A stretch of DNA of 64,000 bases from Cyclobacteriaceae bacterium (lineage in GTDB: Bacteria; Bacteroidota; Bacteroidia; Cytophagales; Cyclobacteriaceae). A model generated the notes under the pieces. It was not told where the DNA came from, did not search any database, and was given only the letters and a program-made list of their open reading frames with translations. The stretch's first letter is position 1; each line of letters opens with the position of its first letter. The position numbers and the translations under genes are program-made. Location: positions 2,075 to 66,074 of the forward strand of contig JBBDXJ010000293.1 of assembly GCA_040902445.1 (NCBI GenBank), written 5' to 3'. Of this stretch, positions 45,826-54,420 are shown one piece after another.

Positions 45826-47850
45826 TTAAATCTGCCTGAAAAGATCCAGCACATACCCCATTGCATTTATCAAGAATGGGACGGTGAGAGTAATAAAAAT
45901 GAAAACAACTCCGTATAAAATGTAAAACTGAACACTGCCATTCTGTAAAACCCTGAACTTTTCCATAAAACCTCTGATATATTTTGTTGGAGCGTCAACG
46001 AACAAGGCCTCTATTTTATCATAAGGATGCGTTTTCGAATGTACACGTGTTGGAAACACGCCATGAATGGCTCCTTCCTTTTTATTCATAATGAGAAAAG
46101 GTCGTATCAGCTTCCGGTAGGAACGTACAAAAGAATTTGCGGTGTACTGAAATCTGGATGTTGGAGCGGTGTAACCACATGCCCATGTTGGCCCAACCGC
46201 AACGGTCCTGGTAGCGGTTGTAATTTTTTTTATACCCAGGACAAACATTGCCAGCGCAATTAATACCCATGCCGCCATGCTTACCAGTTGAAGGGTATCG
46301 ATAAATCCTGCCTGAATGGGATCCAGCGTATTTTTGCCAGTAAACAGGAAAACGGGGTTTGCAACGGCCCGAACAAAAAATTGAGGCAACACGCCAATTC
46401 CAATAATAAACAGCACGACAATATATTTTGGAAAAAGTTTGGAAAAGTCCGCTTCCTGAATAGTTTGATTTAAGAAGTGTCGCCTCGTCCCCAGAAAGAC
46501 AATACTGAATGCTTTCGTGAAACACAAAAAAGCCATGCCTCCTATAATGGTCAGACCGAAAATAGCAAAAATCATAACGATCGTATGGCCCAATGACTTC
46601 GAGCCGAAGTCGTTAAAGAGACCGGAATAAATAAAAAACTCTGAAATAAATCCATTGAGCGGTGGGAGACCTGAAATAGCAAGTGCTCCAGTTAGAAATA
46701 AGGCAGACGTCTGCGGCATTTTGTTTATCAACCCGCCCAGCTTCTCTATGTCCATTGTATGCGTAGTCTGGTAAACCGTTCCGGCGCAATAAAATAAAAG
46801 GGATTTAAAGAGTGCGTGATTAAAGGTATGCAACAGTGCTCCTGCAAATCCCGTAAATATCAGGAACGAATTGTTTAAGCCCAGGCCGATGGTACCGAGT
46901 CCGATGCCAATACCAATAATGCCGATATTCTCAATGCTGTGATAAGCCAGCAATTTTTTTAGGTTATGTTGTATAATTGCCAGCATTACTCCATAAATGC
47001 CGGTGATAAGCGAAAGAATCAGGATGGTATAGCCAATCAGTAATTGATTCTCTTTTATTAACAAGAGCATCCGCAGGATGCCAAAGATTCCCAGTTTAAT
47101 AATTACACCTGACATAATACCTGAGATGTGAGCAGGGGCTGCGGGGTGTGCGTATGGTAGCCAGGTATGAAAAGGTACAAACCCGGCTTTAAAAGCAAAT
47201 GCAATAAAAAAACAAATAAAAAGTAAAAAACTTATCGGTGGAATCACCGAGGAACTGTATAAGCCGATCGCACTAAAATTATAAGAGCCGGTCTCGCTGC
47301 TCACCCAAAGAAATCCAATGGTAAGAAATACAATGGTAAGGTGGGATTGGACGAGGTAATTGATTCCTGCCTTGAGTGTTTCGATTTTAGCGTGCTCAAA
47401 GATGATCATGAGGAAAGCTGAAATAGCCATGACTTCCCAGACACATAAAAACGCAAGGGTATTTTGAATGCTGTAAATACCAATCATGGCCATATGATTC
47501 AAAATGTAACCCGAATAGTGAAGGTTAATATTTGAAGACTGATGATGGTAAGGCGTCATGTAACGTATGCCATATAGGAGACCTGTTATCATGGTCAGGT
47601 TCATGATGAGGATAAACCATGCGGATAATGAATCTATCCGTATGAGAATTTCGCCAAAAACAAGACCGCCTCCAACAATGAATTCTAAAGGCGGACCCAC
47701 GAGGGCGTGGAATGCTATCCAGGAACTTACTGCCGCATTTAACAGCACAACCAACATTGCCATGATTCCTTTAGCCTTCCCCTTCAGAAATATGAGAAGG
47801 GCTAAAGAACACAAACTTATCAGGATCGATATGGTTAATATCCATTTCAA
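45826..47850 (-). CDS. HyfB/HyfD/NuoL-M-like antiporter-type membrane subunit (copy 2)
   Basis: 674 aa. WEVMAISAFLM, FKAGFVPFHTWLPYAHPAAPAHISGIMSGVIIKLGIFG, HALFKSLLFY, GFISEFFIYSG. Confidence 0.8.
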   Translation of the reverse strand: MKWILTISILISLCSLALLIFLKGKAKGIMAMLVVLLNAAVSSWIAFHALVGPPLEFIVGGGLVFGEILIRIDSLSAWFILIMNLTMITGLLYGIRYMTPYHHQSSNINLHYSGYILNHMAMIGIYSIQNTLAFLCVWEVMAISAFLMIIFEHAKIETLKAGINYLVQSHLTIVFLTIGFLWVSSETGSYNFSAIGLYSSSVIPPISFLLFICFFIAFAFKAGFVPFHTWLPYAHPAAPAHISGIMSGVIIKLGIFGILRMLLLIKENQLLIGYTILILSLITGIYGVMLAIIQHNLKKLLAYHSIENIGIIGIGIGLGTIGLGLNNSFLIFTGFAGALLHTFNHALFKSLLFYCAGTVYQTTHTMDIEKLGGLINKMPQTSALFLTGALAISGLPPLNGFISEFFIYSGLFNDFGSKSLGHTIVMIFAIFGLTIIGGMAFLCFTKAFSIVFLGTRRHFLNQTIQEADFSKLFPKYIVVLFIIGIGVLPQFFVRAVANPVFLFTGKNTLDPIQAGFIDTLQLVSMAAWVLIALAMFVLGIKKITTATRTVAVGPTWACGYTAPTSRFQYTANSFVRSYRKLIRPFLIMNKKEGAIHGVFPTRVHSKTHPYDKIEALFVDAPTKYIRGFMEKFRVLQNGSVQFYILYGVVFIFITLTVPFLINAMGYVLDLFRQI

Positions 47851-49838
47851 AGTATGTTGGAAAAAGTTGCTAAAATTAAAATCAGCATGAAAAGGAATCC
47901 ATACAGTATATAGAACTGTACCCTTCCGTTATGAACGAACGAGAAGTAATTCATAAAACTAAATAACTGATTGGAAATCCTGTTAAGAATATTTTTTTCA
48001 AAAAATTCCGCATAGTTTGATTGATAACTCCGGTTTGCCGGAAAGACAGTCCGGGGCTCAATTTCCGTATATTTTTTTTCTTCGCCGGTAATGAAAGCAA
48101 ATAACTTGGCAAGGGTTTTTGAAAATGATTTTCCGGTGTATTGAAATTTCTCACCGCGTGCTATATATCCGCCACCCCAGGTCGGAGAGATATTTACCGT
48201 TCTCCCGGAAACGATCCTGGATCGCACGTAGTAGATCGAAGCCGCCAGGAGTATTACTATCAGGGAGGCTATTCCAACTTCAGATACCATGGGAACAAGG
48301 GAGGGTATAATCTCATTTTCAGGAAGTGTATTGCTAAAGCCCTGCGCTATCTTTTCAATGGTCGTCAGTATCAGGGAGGGAAAAATTCCAATGAGCAGCA
48401 TTAAAAACAGAATGAGGAAAAAAGGCAGATGACGGTAAGATAAATATTCCGGTTTTGGATGAATGGTTTTATCACGGGGGTTCCCGAGAAAAATAACACT
48501 AAAGGCTTTTCCAAAAGTCAACAAGGCAATACCACTTACCAAAGCCAGTCCCACGATCGCGGAAATCATAAGTATGTTAAACTTAAAACCCGTTGCGCGA
48601 ATACCTTCTATCAGACCGGAAAACAGTAATAATTTCGAAACAAACCCGTTAAAAGGAGGGAGCCCGCAAATCGCTATGGCTCCGCACAAAAAGAAAAATG
48701 TCGTGGAAGGCATCTTTTTTATTAAGCCACCCAAATGTTCCATGTTCCGCGTATGGGTCAACTGATAGAGATTTCCGGCCGTGAAAAAAAGAAGGGATTT
48801 ATAAAGGGAATGATTCAATAGATGGAGAAGGGCTGCTGAAAAGCCTATCACCAAAAGAATTTGATTTCCGGTTCCTTTCCCGATCAACCCTATGCCAATT
48901 CCCATTCCGACAATCCCCATGTTTTCAATAGTAGAAAATGCAAGGACGCGTTTGTAATCGCGATGAATCGCTCCACTGAGTATTCCGTAAAAAGCAGTCA
49001 AAACTGACAACACAAGAATGCCTGCACCAATGATCACTAAATCCGAGGTCAGATAGGCAGACATTCTCAGAATGCCATATATTCCCATTTTTACCATGAT
49101 GCCTGACATGATCCCTGAAATATGGGAAGGAGCAGCAGGGTGGGCGTGGGGAAGCCACGTATGGAGTGGGATAAATCCTGCCTTTATCCCAAAGCCAATA
49201 AAAAAGAGTAAAAAGAGCCGGGGAGAATCGGCCTGATTGAAGGATCCGATTGACTCAAAGCCAAAAGATCCTCCTGCAACCGAAGCCCATATAAATGCAA
49301 TGGTCAAAAAAACAATCGCAATGTGCATCTGAACCATGTAGGTGATACCCGCATTCAATGTTTTGAACCGGCTGTAATCAAACATCATCAGGAGAAAAGA
49401 AGAAACGGACATGATCTCCCACACCACCAGAAATGCCAATCCGTGTTGAATAGAGCAAACCAGGATTAGGGATGCGTGAAAAATGACGAAGGAAGTCCAG
49501 TGAAGGGAAAGATTACTGCGCTGGGCTGAATACGCCTTCATATAATGAATGCCATACCACGCACCGGTTATACAGGTAATGTTGACGAGCAGGATAAACC
49601 ATGCAGATAAAGGATCGATTCGTAAAAGAATATCTCCAAATACCAAACCGCCGGCAATGGAAAATTCAATTGCCCTGGTTGCAAGAACATGTATTGAAAC
49701 GATCGAAGTAGTGACAGCATTGAGCAACACGAACAACAATGCTACCCTGGATTTTTTTGAGGGAGATAAAAGTGGAATAAGGATAGGGGACAAAACCGTT
49801 AACAACCCGGAATATAAAATCAGAAACCGACCATCCAT
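47847..49838 (-). CDS. HyfB/NuoL-like antiporter-type membrane subunit (copy 1)
   Basis: 663 aa. WEIMSVSSFLL, IKAGFIPLHTWLPHAHPAAPSHISGIMSGIMVKMGIYG, HSLYKSLLFF, GFVSKLLLFSG. Confidence 0.8.
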   Translation of the reverse strand: MDGRFLILYSGLLTVLSPILIPLLSPSKKSRVALLFVLLNAVTTSIVSIHVLATRAIEFSIAGGLVFGDILLRIDPLSAWFILLVNITCITGAWYGIHYMKAYSAQRSNLSLHWTSFVIFHASLILVCSIQHGLAFLVVWEIMSVSSFLLMMFDYSRFKTLNAGITYMVQMHIAIVFLTIAFIWASVAGGSFGFESIGSFNQADSPRLFLLFFIGFGIKAGFIPLHTWLPHAHPAAPSHISGIMSGIMVKMGIYGILRMSAYLTSDLVIIGAGILVLSVLTAFYGILSGAIHRDYKRVLAFSTIENMGIVGMGIGIGLIGKGTGNQILLVIGFSAALLHLLNHSLYKSLLFFTAGNLYQLTHTRNMEHLGGLIKKMPSTTFFFLCGAIAICGLPPFNGFVSKLLLFSGLIEGIRATGFKFNILMISAIVGLALVSGIALLTFGKAFSVIFLGNPRDKTIHPKPEYLSYRHLPFFLILFLMLLIGIFPSLILTTIEKIAQGFSNTLPENEIIPSLVPMVSEVGIASLIVILLAASIYYVRSRIVSGRTVNISPTWGGGYIARGEKFQYTGKSFSKTLAKLFAFITGEEKKYTEIEPRTVFPANRSYQSNYAEFFEKNILNRISNQLFSFMNYFSFVHNGRVQFYILYGFLFMLILILATFSNIL

Positions 49839-49908
49839 ATCATTTAAATTTTTTTCTCCTCCGTCACGCTGACAAATATTTGGAATTGTTGCCTAATACC
49901 TTTAAATA

Positions 49909-50178
49909 TTAAAAGAGATTTTCCGGTTCATGTTTCTGCAGGCTTTCAAATATTTTAATTGCTTTTGTGATATTGTCCCTCTCCTGAATAATTACTCCTT
50001 CCGCCTTGAGGTACTTGAGCGCCATAATCATATTCAGAATAAATCCCCGTTTTGAGTTAAAAGCATTCCGCCGGTTTTTCTGTAAATCCTGTATTGCCGC
50101 GCTGACTATTTCGATTAAAATTTTGTCATCCGCAGCGGCTTTAATCTTAATGATGACCGTGTGGCTGAAGTATACCAT
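49909..50178 (-). CDS. hypothetical small soluble protein upstream of the Hyf/Ehr-like operon
   Basis: 89-aa ORF on the same strand, 70 nt upstream of the operon's first gene. No TM segment, no Cys, no family I recognise. Coding status uncertain. Confidence 0.3.
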   Translation of the reverse strand: MVYFSHTVIIKIKAAADDKILIEIVSAAIQDLQKNRRNAFNSKRGFILNMIMALKYLKAEGVIIQERDNITKAIKIFESLQKHEPENLF

Positions 50179-50421
50179 TAAAGCTGGTTTTTATTAAGAG
50201 ATGGGTTGATTTCTTATCTTGTCCAACAAAATGCAATGTGAACATGATGGCAAAAAATACATAGGTGTAACATATTTGTTCAATGAAAAATAAACTTATT
50301 CCGGATCTTAATCTCCTGTTTGTTGACATTTTTTCATGCGGCGGAAATCTATTGGATCACTCCGGCTGGCAAAATTAAATTTTGTTGTCTGAAGTTTTAT
50401 TGAATATTGTCATCGCAGTCA

Positions 50422-50435
50422 TTGATTTAAATCAA
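50422..50435. promoter_or_regulatory. perfect CRP/FNR-type palindrome TTGAT-TTAA-ATCAA
   Basis: Read directly at 50422-50435, in the 475-bp region between the minus-strand small ORF/operon and the plus-strand Crp/Fnr gene. Confidence 0.55.
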
Positions 50436-50602
50436 TTTTGGGATCTTAATCATTTTTTTTGAAGCATATTGGCCATCATTCCAGCCAATACCCCACTTAA
50501 AAAAGAGAGTTATTTTTAGCATTTCCTTAAACGAAAAATTGCTTTTTTCTTCATAGACTGGGGTTGAGCATGGCCTTTTCCAGCCTTTATCAACTTCCCG
50601 CG

Positions 50603-50616
50603 GTGATTTTTATCAA
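50603..50616. promoter_or_regulatory. near-perfect CRP/FNR-type box GTGAT-TTTT-ATCAA
   Basis: One mismatch to TTGAT-N4-ATCAA. It ends 37 nt upstream of the Crp/Fnr gene ATG, so it could be an autoregulatory site. Confidence 0.4.
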
Positions 50617-50653
50617 TATTGCGTAACTTGCCTGCCGCTAAATTATAAATGTG

Positions 50654-51376
50654 ATGACAACGGGATTTCGGTCAGATGATTTCCGCTATAACACAAAAGG
50701 GATTTTCGAGGGGCTTTCACCGGAGAATCTGCAACCGCTTCGGGATGCAAGCGTTACGCATCGGTATAAAAAAGGCGAAATAGTTTTTCGCGAAGGAGGA
50801 ATCCCTGCGGGAATTTTTTACCTGGTAAGCGGGAAGATAAAAAAGTATAAAACGACCGCAAAAGGCGGTGAACAAATATTTTATGTTTGCACTGCCAGGG
50901 AGCTATTGGGTTATCATGCGATATTGAGTGAGGAACATTATCCTGACTCGGCAGCCACTATTGAAGACTCTGAAATTACTTTTATTCCCAAAGAGAATTT
51001 TCTGAAAGTTTTACAAGCCTCTCCGGTTCTGTCGAATAAACTTTTGAAAACGTTGGGTCATGAGTTCAGTGTTTTTATCAACAGTATTACGAGCCTGGCA
51101 ACCAAATCCGTACGGGAGAGAATAGCGCTGAATCTGTTGATCCTTGATGAAAAATATAAAAGGGAAGAAAAACAGGATGGGCCAGGTGAAATCAATATGT
51201 CGAGGACTGACTTTGCCAATATGGTGGGCACAGCGAAAGAAACGCTGGTAAGGTTACTGCAGCAATTTAAGAGTGAAGGCCTGATTGAGTCCAGTGGCCG
51301 GGCAATCAGAATATTAAACAAAAAAGGGTTGGTACGAGAGGCTAATTTTTCAGGAACGCATTCAAAAATGTTTTGA
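50654..51376 (+). CDS. Crp/Fnr family transcriptional regulator (no FNR-type Cys cluster)
   Basis: cNMP-binding-like domain (GEIVFREGGIPAGIFYLVSGKIK) and C-terminal HTH (RTDFANMVGTAKETLVRLLQQFKSEGLI). Only one Cys, so it is not an Fe-S FNR sensor. Confidence 0.8.
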   Translation: MTTGFRSDDFRYNTKGIFEGLSPENLQPLRDASVTHRYKKGEIVFREGGIPAGIFYLVSGKIKKYKTTAKGGEQIFYVCTARELLGYHAILSEEHYPDSAATIEDSEITFIPKENFLKVLQASPVLSNKLLKTLGHEFSVFINSITSLATKSVRERIALNLLILDEKYKREEKQDGPGEINMSRTDFANMVGTAKETLVRLLQQFKSEGLIESSGRAIRILNKKGLVREANFSGTHSKMF

Positions 51377-51438
51377 AAGTTTGCTGTGGCGCTTGTCACA
51401 AGTGAAGAAAAGTTTTTCGCACTACCGCAATCACAAGT

Positions 51439-52608
51439 TTATTGCGTTACCAATCTTCCGGTTTTGCTGAAATGAAAAATCAGAAAACCTGCGGAAATCA
51501 GAAAAAGAAATCCTGCGGCCAGCATAAACGTAGCGGACAGGGATAGGGTGTTTAAGATCGGAAAAATTATTATGGGGGATAAGAACTGCCCTAAGAACCA
51601 GAAGGTTGTAAGCTTTCCAATTTCTTTTCCCCTGATTTCAGGTGGAGCAATTTTCATCACCCACATATTGGTATTGGGAATCATCATGCCCATGCCCAAT
51701 CCGGATAACATCATTGCAATAACAACCAATACATAGCTGCCAGAGATGGAAATACAAACAAATCCTGCAGCCATGAGTAAATACCCCATGGAAAAAACGG
51801 AAAGAAAACTAAACCGCCCTTTTATCCTCGAATAGGAAAAGGCTGACACTGCAGAGAATGCCGTACTCATTGCAATAGCGGCTCCTATCAAAGAAGTTTT
51901 CTCAATTCCAATGGCCTTCAGGTGAAAAGGTATTTGAACGGGTATTAAAAAGAAAATTATCCACATCAACATTGTATTAATAAACAACATCCATATTATC
52001 GGAGGTGACTTGACATGCTCGTTAACATGATTTCTTTTCTCTGCCAATATGGGCTCATGAAGAAACATTATACTGAGTGGTAGAACCAGAAGGGCAAATA
52101 AATAAATAAGGAATGGATATCGCCAACCAAAATCTGCAAGGATTCCTCCCAACCCAATAAACAGGATCCCGCCCAATGACATAAATGCTATCTGTATGCC
52201 AACAAATTTCTGACGCTCCATGCCCTCGAAGTAGTCGGCTATCAGTGTAATCACTATTGTCATAGACATGCCGACCGAGATGCCGAGCAGAGTTCTGGAA
52301 ATAAGGATGTGGTAAAGGTTATTCAGGAAATATCCGGCACAACCTGTTATGGCATAAAGCAAAAGAGACAACCAAAGAATTTTCAACCTGCCGTGCCTGT
52401 CAATAAGTCGTCCGGTAATAGGGGAGAATAGGGCAATCATTAGCGCCGGTATCGTCAATACTAATTGAACAAGGAGCCCTGCGTTTTCAACATCAGAGAA
52501 CTCCAAAACCATCTGTGGTAATGCAGGAGCAATGGTTATGACAGACATAATTGTAAGACTGCTGACAAGCAGAAGCGTTAACTTTAACTTCCATTTTTTA
52601 TTTTCCAT
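51439..52608 (-). CDS. MFS transporter
   Basis: 389 aa, 12 hydrophobic spans. GRLIDRHGRLK loop 2-3 motif. Confidence 0.75.
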   Translation of the reverse strand: MENKKWKLKLTLLLVSSLTIMSVITIAPALPQMVLEFSDVENAGLLVQLVLTIPALMIALFSPITGRLIDRHGRLKILWLSLLLYAITGCAGYFLNNLYHILISRTLLGISVGMSMTIVITLIADYFEGMERQKFVGIQIAFMSLGGILFIGLGGILADFGWRYPFLIYLFALLVLPLSIMFLHEPILAEKRNHVNEHVKSPPIIWMLFINTMLMWIIFFLIPVQIPFHLKAIGIEKTSLIGAAIAMSTAFSAVSAFSYSRIKGRFSFLSVFSMGYLLMAAGFVCISISGSYVLVVIAMMLSGLGMGMMIPNTNMWVMKIAPPEIRGKEIGKLTTFWFLGQFLSPIIIFPILNTLSLSATFMLAAGFLFLISAGFLIFHFSKTGRLVTQ

Positions 52609-52713
52609 GGATTTTATTTTTCATAGAGATTCGTTTATGTCCTGAGAGCAATGGGTCACAAATTCCAATGTACTATTATCTGCCACCATCTGAGGGCTGA
52701 TTTTAATTGTTCA

Positions 52714-54291
52714 TCAGGATCCCTTTTGTTTTTTCGGGTCCTCCGGTGGCGGTGGCAGAATGAATACTTTGGGTTGTGGTGTTACAGGTTCCAATTTTCG
52801 GCTTACCAGGGCCGGGTGATCCGCCGGGATAAATGTAGACCGAAACCCACTGTAGGTCATCGGCAAGGGAGCTATTGGATCGCCATTGGGCTTCCTTATT
52901 TCACCACGAAAAGGATTTAGATATTCCCATACTATTTTTCCTTCTTTGGTAACTTCAAAATAACGCCCTCTTGCTCCTTCGGTAATAAAAGTGTTGCCGT
53001 TGTTCATCCGGTGCGCGCCAGAAATGAAACTGCTGTAAAAGGAGACAGAGTCCGGAGCGATATAAGTCCAGACAGGATTTTCCGGGCCAAATGCCTTACC
53101 CTTCTCAATGATGTAGTTTCCTTTTTGATCTGTAGGAGGAATTATTTCATGAACGGCAGAATAATCCAGGCTATCCCGGTTGGGGATAGCATTATTGAAT
53201 ACTGTAAGATTACCCGCGCCGGGTTTTCCTTTCTCAATCCAGCGGATATCATGCTGACGAAATAATTTTCTGTTAGTAGAATCTCCACGGTGATAGTTTT
53301 CCGGATTTCCCCAGCGATAGAGAAAATCTCCTCCTTTGCCCCAGCGCCCCCCCGAATGACCAGCGGCCTCTTTAGTTGTTGTGCTGTGATCTATGATGAA
53401 GATCTCACTCAGATCAGGGGAGCTAAAAGCAATCTGGTCCAACTCGGCATTATACTTGATCGCGTTAACATGATAAACATCTGATCCTATATTTTCAGGT
53501 GTTTGATTTCTCCAACCCCTTCCCTGAGATTTTAAAATATCCATACTATCCTGGGTAATGAGGGGAGGTACTGAATCTCCAACATTAAAATCTAATAGTT
53601 CTGGGTGGTCTGAAGGCTTGCCATAGTTTGCTTTCCTTGCGTCATAATCCTGGATCAAGTGATCCCAGATATGCCATTCCCATACGATTTTGCCACTGCG
53701 CATGCCGTTTTGCTCAATCTCGATTATTTTATCGGGCCAAAGGCCTGCTTTTGGTGTTAATTCTGGTTTTCTGCCTGCTGCAAGGACTTGATCCGCTGTC
53801 TTCGCTTCCCATGCAATGGCAAGAATATTTCCGTTAGGCATCACCGTGAAATCATGGTGCGCGTGATACTCTTCATTGGCGTATTCAAAGTCCCACAATA
53901 TTTTACCGTCCCATGTGATTTTTTGGATTCTTCCGGTTTCTCCACCACCCGCAAAGACGGGAAAATCCGGATCAGCGACATTCTGCACAAGGGAACCATC
54001 ATCATTCAGGTAGGCACTCATCACGGTATAAATGCCTTTCCATTCGTGTACAACTTCCCCTTTCCGGTTGATGAGATAAGTCGACGCTGAATTCGGAACT
54101 GCAAACATCACATAGCCTTCCGTTAGACCTTCAGCGTTAATTGTTAAGCCGCGCGGAATCCTATGTCCGAACATGTTTCTGTCATTCTTGACAGGGGCCG
54201 CGTTGCTGGCCACTTTTTCCTTTTCTAAATCGCAGGATGATACTATTAATGCAAATACAAGGAAAAACGGAATGAGGTGCGTTTTTTTCAT
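52714..54291 (-). CDS. aryl-sulfate sulfotransferase (ASST)-like beta-propeller lipoprotein
   Basis: Start moved to the ATG at 54291 (MKKTHLIPFFLVFALIVSSC lipobox). HHDFTVMPNGNIL, WEWHIWDHL and YHVNAI motifs resemble the arylsulfotransferase family. Confidence 0.55.
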   Translation of the reverse strand: MKKTHLIPFFLVFALIVSSCDLEKEKVASNAAPVKNDRNMFGHRIPRGLTINAEGLTEGYVMFAVPNSASTYLINRKGEVVHEWKGIYTVMSAYLNDDGSLVQNVADPDFPVFAGGGETGRIQKITWDGKILWDFEYANEEYHAHHDFTVMPNGNILAIAWEAKTADQVLAAGRKPELTPKAGLWPDKIIEIEQNGMRSGKIVWEWHIWDHLIQDYDARKANYGKPSDHPELLDFNVGDSVPPLITQDSMDILKSQGRGWRNQTPENIGSDVYHVNAIKYNAELDQIAFSSPDLSEIFIIDHSTTTKEAAGHSGGRWGKGGDFLYRWGNPENYHRGDSTNRKLFRQHDIRWIEKGKPGAGNLTVFNNAIPNRDSLDYSAVHEIIPPTDQKGNYIIEKGKAFGPENPVWTYIAPDSVSFYSSFISGAHRMNNGNTFITEGARGRYFEVTKEGKIVWEYLNPFRGEIRKPNGDPIAPLPMTYSGFRSTFIPADHPALVSRKLEPVTPQPKVFILPPPPEDPKKQKGS

Positions 54292-54420
54292 GTGGAGTTC
54301 GGTTGGGGTTAATAAACTTACTGATTTATTTCCTATGTGAATAATTAATTTACCTGAAACCTGTCCCCGGAATAAAATAAGGACTAACTTCATTATATCA
54401 CCGGTCTAAACCCCACGAAA

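Noticed and set aside
46082-46525. 147-aa minus-strand ORF inside the HyfB-like copy 2 gene.
   Set aside because: It is an alternative frame of a conserved membrane-protein gene, and its sequence has no TM or domain character.
49839-49908. GGAGGAG upstream of the first operon gene as a Shine-Dalgarno sequence, and Bacteroidota -7 (TAnnTTTG) promoter motifs in 49839-50300.
   Set aside because: GGAGGAG lies about 18 nt from the ATG, which is too far for a canonical SD. I could not find an exact TAnnTTTG match by eye on the relevant strand, so I make no promoter call.
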